A stretch of 64,000 bases of DNA from Chrysomallon squamiferum (lineage: Eukaryota > Animalia > Mollusca). Under the pieces are notes generated by a model. That model was not told the origin of the DNA and did not search any database. It was given only the letters and a program-made list of their open reading frames with translations. Position 1 is the first letter of the stretch. The number at the start of each line of letters is the position of its first letter. The DNA is taken from NCBI GenBank assembly GCA_012295275.1, contig CM022674.1, forward strand, positions 16,554,001 to 16,618,000, read 5' to 3'. Both the position numbers and the translations under genes were made by a program. Below, one piece after another: positions 1 to 15,339 of this stretch.

Positions 1-600
1 CCTCGTTCAAGCAGTGGAACGTTTTCTTAGCGATATTTAGATGTACTGTTTTCTGTGTTTCTTTAACATAGCAAATTGGTCCTAACTTATTTACTAAGCC
101 ACGGATCGCAATTTTGTTTATACCTACATCATAGTGGATACTTGATATTATATATACTTTATATCTGTAGTATATGCAAATATATATATTATAATCAACA
201 GTCACAGTTTTTTTATTACACGGTCATTGGGTCCACAAAAGGCGCAATCCCTAGACAAGAAACGAGCCATATTTAATAGATTCGTTATCACTCGAAACTA
301 AGACCGCTTATGCGCTGGGCTCCGTGAAAATAGTGATGATGACAATATTTATAATAATCATAGTGACATGAGATAAAAGCCATCCAGTATAAAAAAAAAA
401 AAAAAAAAAAACAACACATTAACAGTAGCGACGACAACAATGACAGCGGTAATAACAAAGCAGGACAAACTCACATAATAATAGGCTTATTATTGTTATT
501 GGTGGTGGTGGTGGTGGTGGTGGTGGCGGTGGTGGTGGTGTTATTGTTTGTTTGTTTTTTATTTGATTTTTGTACATGGCTGCTTCTGTCACCTAACACA

Positions 601-910
601 GGCCACATCCAGACTCTTGGTCTTGTACAGCGATATAGAGAAGAGGAGGACGTGAAACTCTTCTGTGGCCTGCTAGATGGACTCGCCTTCTTACTAGTGG
701 ATGATCTCCCTGAGGGTCTGTCATATCTACAGCAGCACATACCAGAAAGACTCGAACCTCTGCTGGACTACCTTGACAACACCTATGTGTCCTCATGAAG
801 GGGAATCAAGAACCAACAACACATGCGAGGGATGGAACAGCGCCTTTGCAAATCTAGTTGGACATGTACACCCTACCATCTGGAGAGACATTGATAGCAC
901 ACGCCCAGTC
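601..910 (+). mobile_element. Mutator-like (MULE) transposase fragment, internally deleted
   Basis: HIQTLGLVQRYREEEDVKLFCGLLDGLAFL...LLDYLDNTYVS is followed, in another frame, by RTNNTCEGWNSAFANLVGHVHPTIWR. This matches the RTNNxxEGW..F..HP.IW catalytic-Glu region of animal MULE transposases. Confidence 0.8.
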
Positions 911-2891
911 TAAATAAACGCGTGACGAACATTAATGCCGTGGCTGACGAATATTGTGCGAACTCATATTAAGACGTCTGTGATGGCGGGCCCACCATCT
1001 GTTACAGTGTGTAGCGAGTCAGACGCAATGAATGAAGGAAGAAATAACTAAAGACGGTAAGTTGAACTGATTTCACTTCCATGGTATTTGCTTGCGGTGT
1101 GTATGATTGGGCGTGTGTGTGTGTGTTGTGTGTATCGATGTACGCATGTATGTCGCGCAACGGTGATACTACAGGTACTACTACAATACTACTACTACTG
1201 CTAGTAATAATTCTGACATCAAGGGAAAACGCAACATCGGGAACAGTAACATTAACAGTAAAAAATATAACAACGATATAAAACAGCAACCACCACAGTA
1301 ACAACAACAACAACCACGGAAGCAGTGATATTAACAAAATGGTAAAAATGTCAGTTACTTAAATGAGAACAACATTAATAAAACACCGATGATACGACAC
1401 CAGCGTTAACAATCACAGTTAGACTTATATGAAGAAAAAAACTAACAACAACGGTATCACAACAACGTCAGAAACGATAGCAGTACAGGAATAACAGCAA
1501 TCATTTTAAAACATTAGTGAAAACTACAACATAATATTAAAATAAAGGCAACAGCGAGGACATCAATACAAATGATGATTACAATAATGATAAAATAATA
1601 ATAATTATGTGATGATGATGACGATGATGATAATGTCAACAGGAAAAACCAAAACATTAACGCAAAAGACCACAACGACGGCAGTAATTATATTAATTAA
1701 CAATGTATGAATAACAGTTTCCGTAAAAAGCGAAAAATTACAATGAGACAACAATAACAGAAGATACCAACGACAGCGACACCAATATAAATAATAATAA
1801 TAATAATAATAATCACGGTGAAAAGACCAACCGGCACAATAACATCATTAGCATTCATTATGCACAGATAAATAATTAAATCTAACGCTAGACTTGATCA
1901 TGTCAGTTTGTAATTAATGTTACGTTATAACAGTAAAAAACGTATTTCAGTTTTCTTTTTTCCTTTATCAGTTATATTTTTGGATGAATATTATTTTTTA
2001 TTAATTTATTGAATGGGCATTAATAATTAAATTGATTTACTGGTAATTAATTCACGAAACAAGTAACCCGGTTCAAGTCTAGTTTAAATTTCTATTTTGA
2101 CGATCTGAGGCTGAAAGTGAAAGGCAGACGAGACTATTTATAGTGCAGGAAATACAATCTACCTTTTTTTTTAAATTATTATAATTATTATTATTATTTA
2201 AGTAAGTTTAAAACGAAATATAAGAAATGAATCTAAGGATATACATTTACTAGTTTTTTTTTTTTTGTTGCTTTTTTTTAATAAATTTTAATATAACTCT
2301 TGTAATAAAAGTGTCTGTGAATTAAATGTCATTACCCGAAAATAAGTGACGTCACTTGTCAGAATTGCTTCTGTATTTTCATGTCATCACAGTGACTTGT
2401 GACAGAGAACGTAATGTTGTTAACTGATCATAACGGTGTGTGTTATTAACTTGCAGAAAATAGAAAGTATTTACAAATACATTATTTTATTACAGAAGAT
2501 TTTTCGATCAAAAATGAAAAGTTTATAGCACATAGACTCTCATTATTCAGTGCTACTTTAGCGTATGATCTACGCGATCTAATGATCTACACCGAGCAAC
2601 AAGTAACTTTGGTGTGTGATCTACGCGGTTATTTTAATTATTATTTTGTTTATTGTTGGTTTTTTATTTTTGTTTCACGGCATAAATAAATTTAAAAAAA
2701 CACAAATATTACATATTTGTAATTTATAGGAACAAGGGCTAAAAAGTATACTATATGTGAATACTGTATTGATGAATTGAGCGAATATCTGCTAGAAACG
2801 TAAGAAAAAGATCTTCAGTTTTCTTCGATCTTCCTTCATTTCTCCACCACAATGACGACATAGTGCAACATTTTCTACATCATCTACACTA

Positions 2892-3327
2892 CAGGGGCGC
2901 ACAAACTTTCTGGTCTTATAGACCGCAGCGCTTTAACTTCACTGACACTAGGGCCGCAGACATTTCACTGTGATTACGTAAACTCTGAAAACGTAACATA
3001 TATGATTTTGTATAATTTTCTAACAGTGAACCTCTGTGACTGAAAATGCTGCATGTAAATAATGGGTGCGTTTACATGTTTCCATATAAACTGACTTCTT
3101 TCTTGTTGATTCCCGTTAAAGCAAAAAATAAAACCGTTATTAATATCATTTATTACTTTTATTAAATAACAACTTCAAAACTGTCGGATCTAAAAATGAA
3201 TACTAGGCGACATTTTGTGTACGGCATCTGACAGTGATAGGAAATTGATGTTGTACGAGTGTTTATACTGAGACGTTAAATGTGATGAGGTGACATCGTT
3301 TCCACGGCCGCAGGTTGCGCACCCCTG
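2892..3327. mobile_element. hAT-type non-autonomous element (MITE)
   Basis: Imperfect TIRs CAGGGGCGCACAAAC ... GTTGCGCACCCCTG with GGCCGCAG subterminal motifs. The TSD is degenerate. Confidence 0.65.
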
Positions 3328-4257
3328 ATTTACAAGGACATTTCTTCGTAAAACTGTAACTGCCTTCGTCTCGTCTCTGATCACGTTGTAAAAATCTTTA
3401 GCCAACATCTTAAGGGTACTTCAGAAATTGAAACGAACAAGTAAAATCACAGAGTGGAATACAAATAAACTACCAAATCTTATACCTATTCAGAAATCAA
3501 GTTTGCCATATGTGATGTTCTTATATATTTATCACGCATTAGGTCGAATCTGTTTTATTACTTTACATGCCTGCTACAGTTTCCTCTAAGTCGTAGATCA
3601 CGCGCCAAATTAGCACCCATTGTTCTTTAAATGTTGACCAATTCGTTTTTTTTTTATTATTATAATTATTAAACATGAGAGTTAGCTGATAGGTACTGAG
3701 TCATAGGAAGGGATATCAGTTTGTTACACTCTTCTGAAATAACAAATTTGTTCAGTTTATCTTTAGTTATATATTATTATTAATGATACCCATCTATGTG
3801 AAAACACTGATCACGTTAACGATTTCTCACAGTAATGATCACCAATGACTTAACAAGGTTGGATACAGATAATATCGATATTGAAGCTTTAATTCTAGTG
3901 ATCTGAGTAAGTGTTTAAATTTCACACGTGTTGTGCTATTTTAGGAACAGGTCTGCGGGCGACTCGTGTGATTCTTAGGGCGACGTGCTGCCCGCGGTCA
4001 CCGTGTTGCTGTTCTAGAATCATTTTATTCATTTGTATTAAAAATTAATAGTGTTCTTTTTCTTCTTTCTTCTTTTCCTTTCTTTCTTTCTTTTTTTTTT
4101 TTTTTTTTTTTGCAATTCTAAAAGAAAAAGTGTGAGTGTGGTAGAGTAGACACAGATAGACATAGATGTGATAAACAAAAACAAAATAAAAAAATAAATA
4201 AATATCTTTCTTTACATACGCACTATGTTAAGTATTTGGTGATTACAAGTTACAAAA

Positions 4258-4308
<51 letters not shown>

Positions 4309-5726
4309 GTTTACTTTAAACTATTTGATATTTAACTATACTCCTTGCAATACACAAACTGCGGCTAAAGGTTGGAGTACACTCCAGAAAGATGTTGCAG
4401 GTACTAATTATGGGCAATAAACTGTCTGAAATCATGAAAAAAAAAAAGACAACTGAAGGCACAGGTGTGATAATTGATAGGAGAAACACAAAATAGTTTT
4501 CTTAGCTTTATACTTGCTGTGACTTGACTGCAATCAAACGTTACTTATCATCTGGCCATTGTAGATGTTTTCTCTGACTCAGCTAATCTACACTTCAAGC
4601 TAAAATAAATCAAGTTTTGAAAATTAATTACTAAGGTATTAAGTTTAGTTTATTTCTAATTTAGCTTTCGAGCAAAAATTTCTTAGAGTACCATGAATAT
4701 CATTTTCAGTAACAAATGCAAATTGTAAGCTGGCAACCATGATTCAACTGAATTGTTCTACTCAAAATTGACCACATGATAGCCGGTTAGTACATTTAGC
4801 AAAGAGCGCATAATATCTGACATAGGCTTACCTACAATTCGTACATTCCTTAATGGCATCTACGAGTAGAACAAGTAACTAAAATTTGCTTCACACTGAT
4901 TGTAAGAGGTATAAATAGCATCTATAATAGAAACTGTATAATATAATAGAAAATGAATTCGTATACAAGTTTAGAAGAACTGTGTTTATTGTCAAACTCT
5001 AATCACAACACTAAACAATGCATTTGACAGAAATAACGAAAGTCCACTGACTGATCGCAGAATGTGTTCAGCAGACCGTTGGACAAAATGGAGCCAAAAT
5101 GTATCGATATTCAACTTTCAAGTGATCTGTTTCAAATAATAATTAAATAAAGAAATAAATAGAAGAGACTAGACTTTGCCGCGGGTTAATACTAATACTA
5201 ATGAAATTTAAAATATGAAGACAGAAAATGTTTGACATTATAAAACATAGTGACCATTAGCAACAATTGTACCAGACTAACATTTCGGCAAAGAGTAACG
5301 ACCGACACCTTCAAAAATTTGAATGGATCGATGACACACACAATGACCTAGCGACCGAACATTCTTACACTGATATTCTTAAAATGATAAAACAAATTAA
5401 ATCTTTCGTTCCTGCTACCGAAACCAGAATTTTAAATATTGAGGTCAAGATAGAGAAGTTTGTTTTAGAGAGAATTACGAAAAAAAAAATGAATAAACAA
5501 CAAAAAACCGCACTCGTCGATGACAGACTGTTTCTGAGTTGACACTTGATAGACGCTTAACAATAACATTGACAATAAAATATATTTCATGTCATTTCAA
5601 TTTTTATAAGTACATATATTTAATTTTTGTGTGCCGGCACTGTGTCTAAAACGACACTTATGGTTGGTCCCAAGTGAATCCGCTTTTGACAGAGTCCACT
5701 GTATACGTACACATGAAACAAACAAA

Positions 5727-5779
<53 letters not shown>

Positions 5780-5872
5780 CCGTTTTCTCTGTCTACCACA
5801 CAAATACCTGTATTCAAACGTTCTTAAACATATAAATACGCTCAAACACACACATATCTAAAAGTATTTCTT

Positions 5873-5906
<34 letters not shown>

Positions 5907-6134
5907 CATTATCTGTTTATCTAACTCTGTATCTATGTATGTATGTTTCCCCAAAATTCTATATCCGCCACTGATCTACGAAGTAGACTACAGACCTTCG
6001 TTTCATAACGTTATGAAGTCCAGAGCAGAAATAGCCATTTTTCTTAAAACAAAGAAAACGGATTTATATTCAGTAAGATTGCCATTAGACTAGCTACTTC
6101 AAGGAGACACACACACACACACGTGTGTGTGTAG

Positions 6135-6189
<55 letters not shown>

Positions 6190-6313
6190 TGTGTGTATCT
6201 GTATCTATGTAGAAAGAGAAAAGAGAGAGATATAAATACTCACAATCTAATCTCGCATAACTTTTTCTTAAGAATACGTACATACGTACATACAAACAAA
6301 CATACACACAAGT

Positions 6314-6548
6314 AAGTTGATAAACTTGTAGTTATCAATGTTTCTAGTAGTTTACGTCAATTATGTTGATAAACTAATAGTGACAACGTTTCTAGTAGTA
6401 GCACACTAAGAAAGTTTATAAATTTGTAGTGACAAAGCTTCTAGTAATACTAAGAAAGTGTATAACTCTGTAGTGACAAAGCTTCTAGTACATACTAAGA
6501 AAGTGTATAACTCTGTAGTGACAAAGCTTCTAGTACATACTAAGAAAG
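6314..6548. repeat. ~45-bp minisatellite, about 5 copies
   Basis: Unit AAGTGTATAACTCTGTAGTGACAAAGCTTCTAGTACATACTAAGA. The last two copies are near-identical and the earlier ones diverged. Confidence 0.85.
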
Positions 6549-6718
6549 CTGGTAGTTGCGGAATATTAACAATCAGTTTTTACATAAGAAGGCTGAAAGG
6601 AAGAAATAACAACACGTTTGTTTTAAACTACAGTCAGATTTGTTTACTAATCTATAATGTTACATACAAGTTTGTGAACATTAAGAACATAATGTGATGA
6701 AATTAATATTATTTTGAA

Positions 6719-6762
<44 letters not shown>

Positions 6763-8377
6763 TTCTGTCCTTTTTGTTAAAATGAACTTACTTTTAATCT
6801 GTTTTACATTTTACATAAATATAATGCAGTGACTGAGGATAATATGTAAGTAAACCTATCACTTTTGTTAATATAAAGAAATAAATTATAAGAAGAGGAA
6901 AGGCGCGCACTTTAGCGTATGTCACTGTGTATTTATGTCACTGTGTATTTGTGTATGTTGCTGTGTATTTGTGTATGTTGCTGTGTGTTTTTGTATGTAT
7001 CAGTTTATGTTTGTGTGTTGGTGTGTGTTTTTGAGTGTAGGTGTTTCATTGAGTGCGAGCGTGTTACTGTTAAAACAAAACAAAATCGTTGCAAAATATA
7101 ATTACCCGTATTTTATTTTTTATTAGTTGATGCCTTACTTATCTCCCTTTCTTAAACTTACACACAGTATATACTATTCACCTTTATTTGAAATGTTAAA
7201 GCATGAGTGGGTGTGTAATTGAGCTTATGTATGACAAACATCTGTTAGTGTGGGTGTTTATAGATATGTGCTTTTGTGTCTTTGATTTTGTGTGTGTTTT
7301 TGTGTATGTACGTAGGTGTGTGTGAATGTGTTTGTGTTGGAGCATGTATGTGTATGAATGTAAAATCAGTGGATATGTACGAATATGTCTGTATTTGAGA
7401 CTGAGTATAGTTTTTGCTATCTGTGTATGTGTGTGAAAGACAGTGTACATGTTTTTATGTATGTATATATGTGAAAGATAATGTACATGTTTATATGTAT
7501 GTGTATGTGTAAAAAATAGTATACATGTTTGTATGCATATATAAGTATGTGAAAGAGTGTATATCTTTATATGCATGTACACATGTGAAAGATAATGCAC
7601 ATATTTATGTGTATGAAAAATAATGTACGTTTATATGTATTTATACATGTTTTTGCACATGTTTATATGAATGTAGGTGTGTGAAAGATAATACATTTTT
7701 TGTATGTATGTCTATATCGGTTATCAAACATCTGTGTGTAAAATGTTGAATTTTGGGGTCTTTTTTCCGCTAGCGTATTTATTATTAGTAGTAGTATTAG
7801 TATTAGTATTATTATTAGTAGTAGTAGTAGTAATAGTATTATCATAATCATCATCATCATCATCATTTCATAAACTTTGTTTTTTTTTTTTTCTGTTTTT
7901 CTTTATCGCTAAGAACAGCAAAAAGTTCAGGATGAAATGAAACGAAAAATGAAAACAAAAATTTCATTTTCTGTGGCCATGTTCCCGCACCCATCTTTTT
8001 GTACAGCAATATCGTTAATATGTTCACAGGATGTTCGCGATCTCGAAGTGTCTTGATGAATGTTATTAACAAACAGTTGTTAACTTCGTCGTTTATTCTG
8101 CATACTACATAAAAAAAACATATGCTAATAATCACTAACATCATCCGCTAATGATTATAGTTCCTGTCTATGACATTTTGGTGCGTGCGTTGAACCATCT
8201 ACTTGGTTTGTCAGACATGTTTACAAAATAACGACACAGTGATTCTCTTTATTGCGACAGACTTCAAACGACATCGTAACGACAAGTAAACGACTTTTGT
8301 TTTTACTAAGTCGTTATGGTGACATCTTCGGGAACGTGGTCTTGAATTAGAATATATAACCGTATATAATGATGATG

Positions 8378-8423
<46 letters not shown>

Positions 8424-8535
8424 CATATTAATACACACACACATATATAACCGTTCTATGTTAAGCAACGCATGGTTGTGTCTAAAATACGAATTAAAAA
8501 AATGGAGAGGTTAAACAATAATCCTAAACTTCACC

Positions 8536-8706
<171 letters not shown>

Positions 8707-9274
8707 AATATAGACAGACACACAACATACATTATTTGTGTTTAACGAAAAAGTAAAACTTTCTATTAGGAAGACAATGCACACATTTTGTACCTGTTTT
8801 CAGTCTCAGTCTCTCTCTTCTCTCTCTCTCTCTACATTAAAATGAAGGAACTGTTTCATATGAAAAACTCACTAAAAGTATGAATAAAAGGGTTACTTCA
8901 GAGGATAACATCGTACATATAAATTTTCCATCAGTTAATAGCAATATAATCTATGAATAAATGAAAGAGAGATAACTCCTGTATAGCTTATTGTAAAGTG
9001 CACAAGAGTTAGCTGTTGTGGCCATATATAGTCAGTAAATTAGTTTTCTATTTACAAGAGAGCTGGATTTGGTAGTCTTCACAGCTGGTATAATAATGAC
9101 CATGTTATGTACTCTCCTCTCTGTGCGACGGTTCATATCAGTGATTCTTTGCTGCTAACTGGATAGAGTAGTCCATGAAATTATGTCAGTTTTTCCTACA
9201 TACATTTTGTTTTGTGTTTGTTTGTTTTTTTGTTCTTACGTTCACATCTGTGAGTTCCCTACTCACGCATCCCA

Positions 9275-10990
9275 CTAGCCAGTGACTGTCCCAACATAGA
9301 GACAGTTGTATAACAATCCATGGCCAGGCTGAAAACATAAACGTTTTTAATTACTACACCAGGCAAAAATCAAAATAACATAACATTAGAACACTACACT
9401 AAAAGTATTCCATCCAAATTCATCGATAATTCCATTATATTGGGTGATTTCAATAGCAGAAACCACCTGTGGGGACTTACCAAACACTCATGTATAAATC
9501 ATGACATGCCATGATATCACAACAGTGTCTGAAAGAATGGCATGTAACTGTGAATGGACAGTCCTTAACAACATCAGCAGTAATCACATCCCAATGCTAG
9601 CCTCCTATAACACTGAACATAACTGGATAGTATCGATAATCCAGTATAGATCCCATGTGTTCAGCGGTGTTTCTGAATAGCAGCTCAACCGCTTGGAGAC
9701 CGTGTACAATAACACTTTACACATTATTGCCAAGGTCTCCCCAGACACACCAAATAACAGGCTATTTGTGGAACTAAATATCCTTCCTCTCAAAATTAGG
9801 TGCAGCAAACAGTCTCTGAAACACTGGTTCCAAATTAAAAATCTCATCCCAACCCACCCTATAACTTCAATAATCCCAAATAACCTACCATATCATAACG
9901 TCATGAAATCATCATTAAATATAACACACAGGACACCCAATAGCCTGAATTTACTGGATTAAGATCTAGAACGTAAGCCCCTGCCCTTGGAACCCCTGTG
10001 GACTGTAAAACAGCTAGACGTACATTTAACTCTTAGACATGAAGTCTCAAAAACTGAACACGACCCATTTAAAAATAGAATCTTTAAAGCAACCTTACAT
10101 GACTATTACTCGGACTACACTCGCATATACACAGGCGGCTCCTAGAACCCTGTCACGTGAAGAACTAGCATGTCCTTTCATGTCAGGCAAGAACTACCCG
10201 ACCCACCCTTCAACTACAGAAGTAGACTGCCTACCAATCTATTCGTCTTTACTACGGAACTATCTGCTATCCTAACATTGCTTAAATGGGTCCTAACTCA
10301 AACTAACTAGCGGGTCCTAACTAGCGAGAAAAACCAAAAAAAAAAAAAAAATGAATTCATCCTAACTCCCTCAGCTCACTGCAAACTCTGCTCAAACTCA
10401 AATTTAGCAGCTCCCAGTATATTAAAGAGATCATCGACATTACCAGCTGTTTCACTTGAAAAGGACACAAAGTCACCTTCGAGTGGGTTCCCGCTCATGT
10501 GGGTGTTGTTGGAAATGATCTAGCAGAAACAAACGCTAAAACGTCCCTACAAGACAGAACAATTGACTTTAAAAGTAAATACAACTGTAATGAAATTATG
10601 ACCGTAGCGCACAACAGTCTAATACAATCTTGGCAAAAAGACTGGGACAACAGAACCAGACCACAACACTGTATCATTAAGCCACAAGTAAACTCTCCCA
10701 GCCCACTCTCAGTCAACAACAAAACAACTCAAACTTTAACCCGCCTCAGAGTGGGAGTAACTTTTGGACTAAACGACTTCAGACATAGACTCCAACACAG
10801 GCTAATGGAAAAATGCGACAAATTCCATAAACTATACAACGTCAGACACTATCTTTTCTACTGTCCTAAATACGACAAGGACAGACTTAACTTCAGTAAT
10901 GCTCTAGCAAAAGTCAACATCAAGCTGACTACTGTCAATTATTTAACCGCCTCCGAAACACCTGAAAAATCAACTGGATAACGTTATAAT
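9275..10990 (+). mobile_element. Degenerate RNase H-bearing non-LTR retrotransposon (I-group-like) ORF2 with the RT core deleted
   Basis: APE motifs IILGDFNSRNHLWG (~9435) and SSNHIPML (~9580); post-RT thumb QLNRLETVYNNTLHII...ELNILPLKIR; RNase H motifs IYTGGS and VTFEWVPAHVGVVGNDLAETNAK; C-terminal CDKFHKLYNVRHYLFYCPKY zinc-knuckle remnant. Many stops and frameshifts. Confidence 0.88.
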
Positions 10991-11165
10991 ACAATATTAG
11001 AATAAGTTGAAGCAACAGAAGTTACAATGTAAAAAGATGGATAGTTTACCAACATATGATGGGGGTGATGAAGCTGGGGATGCTTGTAATCACACACATA
11101 AGTTATTATCATATAACATTAATAAATCTATATATAGGCACTAAATATGAACTTCATTTTAGCTA

Positions 11166-11235
<70 letters not shown>

Positions 11236-11863
11236 TTGGCTATATTTTTATTTTATTTTTTGACATAGTTTATAAACTGAGCTTTTATATTAGGTTTAAA
11301 ATAGGGGGTGTTTTTAACACCATTTTTCATTCTGTACTCTCTTTCGTACTTTATTTAATTTTTAAACGTCTGTTTCGCTCACCTACTTATAAACTAGAGT
11401 GACTTCCCTTCCGTCAATAAAACGAGAACTTTATATGAACAATATATTCTATTTTTCATTAAGTGAGACCTATATATATATATATACATATATTCTATTA
11501 TTGACAAAACGGAAATGACCATAGAAGGTCACCATACAGAGTAACTAAGAAAAAATCCATGAAGATTTATTAAAATATAAACAATATTCTTCCATTTGAA
11601 AGAAAAAATAATATACATATATATAGGAATAAAACTGCATGCTAACTTCATGTTGGCTCTACCAGCTCATCTTGGTGTGTTGTACTATCGAAGAAATACT
11701 AAACGCAAAATAAAAATGTTCAGTTTATATTTGAAGTCAACCCCTCGCAAATATATTGGAGCAAAATAAGATTAGACTGATAAACATGTTGCCGGATGGA
11801 ACTCAGTTCCAAACAAATCAAACTAAATCTTCTCCATATTATTCAAAACAGCACAATCCCAGG

Positions 11864-11942
11864 TTACCTAAGTACTGTTTTCAAATTAACTAGATCAAAT
11901 TTAATATAAATGCAAGATCCAGTGCAGTGTCTCTTCAGATAC
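11864..11942 (-). CDS. Candidate (non-canonical) terminal exon of the MSMB-like gene
   Basis: Acceptor ctaacttcAG is phase-2 compatible with exon 2 and gives R-YLKRHCTGSCIYIKFDLVNLKTVLR*. It does not resemble the canonical MSMB C-terminus. Confidence 0.25.
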
Positions 11943-12021
11943 CTGAAGTTAGACCATTTGGTAAAAATAAACATGAATATTGTCTTGGAATATCTTAGAA
12001 GGCAGACAGACAGAGAGACAG

Positions 12022-12138
<117 letters not shown>

Positions 12139-12268
12139 CTATTGGAAATTTTGAAACTGTAACCATCATCGTCAACATCATCATATACAGCAGAAACAAC
12201 AACGGAAACAGCTTTATATTGTCCATCACAAATGGTCTCATTAAAGATCAGTGCAAGACAGTACATAC

Positions 12269-12392
12269 CGACAACAAGAAAGGGAACCGTCTCTGCAGTA
12301 GCAGTCTAAACATTTATTCTCCAGTTTAACAAATTCGCCGGGCAGCATAACGTAATAGTCATATTCACAGTAGTATATTGTTTCACCGCCTT
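12269..12392 (-). CDS. Beta-microseminoprotein (MSMB/PSP94)-like secreted protein, coding exon 2
   Basis: Acceptor atcattgcAG and donor GTATGT enclose an open 124-bp exon: (E)GGETIYYCEYDYYVMLPGEFVKLENKCLDCYCRDGSLSCC(R). It carries the CxxCxC-x6-CC pattern of the family. Confidence 0.75.
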
Positions 12393-12486
12393 CTGCAATG
12401 ATAACACATGTTTTAATTTATTATTATTATTATCATCATCATCATCATCACTGTTGTTATTATTGTTATTATTATTATTATTATTA

Positions 12487-12529
<43 letters not shown>

Positions 12530-12756
12530 ATGCTCGTGAAACTTTGCATATACCTAACATTTTATTGTGTCTGCATGTTAATAAAGAATAGAATTGTAAT
12601 ATATGAAACAGACAACAGACAGGAAAACATTTATTTATTTTTATTTATTTATATATATATATGTTTTCATCTACCTGGATCTTGTAGAAATCAATGATAT
12701 CACTAAAGCACTCACATTTGTGAAACCTAATTAATATATATATAAGTACAGTTTAT

Positions 12757-12817
<61 letters not shown>

Positions 12818-12932
12818 TGCACGTATATATTAAATCCAATATCACTAAAATACAAGCCCAACAAACATGAACCGTTTGATTGCTCTAACAATAACTAGTT
12901 GTCGTCATTTCAGCGCTGTTTAACACACAAAC

Positions 12933-13044
12933 CTGTTGTGAAGGAATCCATACTTTTCGCCAAACAACTTGCATCCAAGGTTACGAGAACATCAGCAAAT
13001 CTGAGAAGAACAAACACAAACAATCTGGTATACGTATGTGACAT
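12933..13044 (-). CDS. Beta-microseminoprotein-like protein, coding exon 1 (signal peptide)
   Basis: ATG at 13044 gives MSHTYTRLFVFVLLRFADVLVTLDASCLAKSMDSFTT plus 1 nt, then donor GTTTGT. Phase 1 matches exon 2. A hydrophobic N-terminus is followed by the first Cys. Confidence 0.7.
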
Positions 13045-13324
13045 TTTTAACTTAGTGAACTTGGAGAATGATGCTGTAGGTTACAATAAAGTGCAATAGA
13101 AAAATGTTTACAAAGCTGACAACCAGACGAAGTTTATGTATAAGGAGATTCACACATGTAAACGTAAATTAACCACACACAATATAGTAATAAAAAACAA
13201 ATAAATAAATAAAATACAAATCAAAAAATATATACACAAATAATAAATATCTGTATCTCTGTATATGTGTATATATCTACATCGAAATAAATAAATATTC
13301 ATATATAGTGACACATACACACTC

Positions 13325-13366
<42 letters not shown>

Positions 13367-13640
13367 GAATGTATGTGTGGTTTGTGTATATACGACAATT
13401 GTTTTTCAGTAAATGGACAGAGTGTCAGAAATGCTGGTATATTTAAAATGGCGATCGGTACATACATACATACACATACATTCATATATATACATACATA
13501 AGCACACTAAAACACATACATTCATACATTTACATACATATACATATACACACATACACACACAAACATACACATATATATACATACATATATGCACACA
13601 TGTAGATAATATTATTACATATATTTGTCTCTTTTATTTT

Positions 13641-13700
<60 letters not shown>

Positions 13701-13806
13701 ACACACACACAAACACGTGGACAGAAAGGTGTTTCATCATAGTTATTTTGTATTTGTTATTTGATTTAATTTAATTTATGTTTCATCTTATTTTATCTTA
13801 TTTTTA

Positions 13807-13863
<57 letters not shown>

Positions 13864-14257
13864 TTTAATTTATTCTATTTTAATTTATCTTTTTTTATTT
13901 TATTTCCATTATTCAAGTTTAGTTTATTTGTTTATTTTAGATCTCATCTAATCTTTTAGTTAAAAGCTTTTTTACTATTTATTTGTTGTTGTTTTTTTAG
14001 ATATTTTTATTTTATTTGATATTATTATTATTGTTTTATTTATTGTTTTTCATGCTATCGTAGTTGGCAGCTGGTGTGAGGTTGGAATTATAATGAATGT
14101 TTAAATTATCATGCAACCGAAAAAGTGAACCAGATATTAAAACATATCTCTGATACTCTGAAACAATAGCCTAAATATGTGTTGTCAAGCTTGTTTCTAA
14201 CTGTACCATTTGGAGAAAAGATTTGGTTGTTGTTATCGTTATTATTATTATTATTAT

Positions 14258-14290
<33 letters not shown>

Positions 14291-14421
14291 CAGTAATAGT
14301 AGTAATAACAGCAGCAGCAGCAGCATTTGTATTAGTATTAGTATTGCTGCTGTTGTTTTATAATTTTTGTTGTTGCTGTTGTTTATTATTATTGTTATTA
14401 TCATCATCATCATCATCATCA

Positions 14422-14480
<59 letters not shown>

Positions 14481-14641
14481 GACATACTGTAGCCTCACTC
14501 GATTGTGTCATCGGTACATTTAATTTATATTTTTTGTTTGAGTTAGTTTCTTGTTCTTATAAATATGTTTATTTATACAGTAGGGTTAGCACCGTGCAAC
14601 AAATATTGTATCAATTTTAAGTATTTTGAACTATCTGACCA

Positions 14642-14698
<57 letters not shown>

Positions 14699-15339
14699 AA
14701 AAAATAAAACTGAAAAAAATTAAAATTAAAGAAAGAAAAAAAATAATAACGAACGATCGAAAGTATGTGCATTTAAACGGACGTTACGATCTTTGAGTGA
14801 TAAATTTACTATACCGAATCACAAACAGATCATCAGATCCTAAGAGACAAGTAACTGAGATCAGCAATGGTGAATAATTTATTACATGATGGTATAATAC
14901 TATCGTCATCATCAATACAAAACAACCTTTCATTCCTGTTTCTATGGCATCTAATTTCAGTGGATTTAGCAGCCTAGCTAAAGTGTGAGGAGATGTAACT
15001 CTCAGTTTCTCAGTTTAGGTATGTATGTCTTAAACACCATTTATCAGCACTAGACAAAAAGAAGAAGAAAAAAGCCATTTAGACTCCTATAGGAGTACTT
15101 ATATTTAATTAGGATGAAACAGGAACAATGTAATTGGAAACTAGGAGTTCATTTCTTTCATAACACCTTACTGTACAAGATTAGAATATACAACATGAAA
15201 TCTGCTTTATTATAAATAAATATTTTTGTTGGAAGAAATGGGCAATAAATAAATGATTTTGAAAAAGAAGTTATTTTCATACTTTCACTGTCACTTCTCT
15301 ATCTGAATGATTCGCCGAATCGTCCTGGCTTGACATAAA

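Noticed and set aside
12840-13150. Degenerate GPCR transmembrane segments on the minus strand
   Set aside because: The hydrophobic stretch is better explained as the signal-peptide exon of the MSMB-like gene, whose phase and donor fit.
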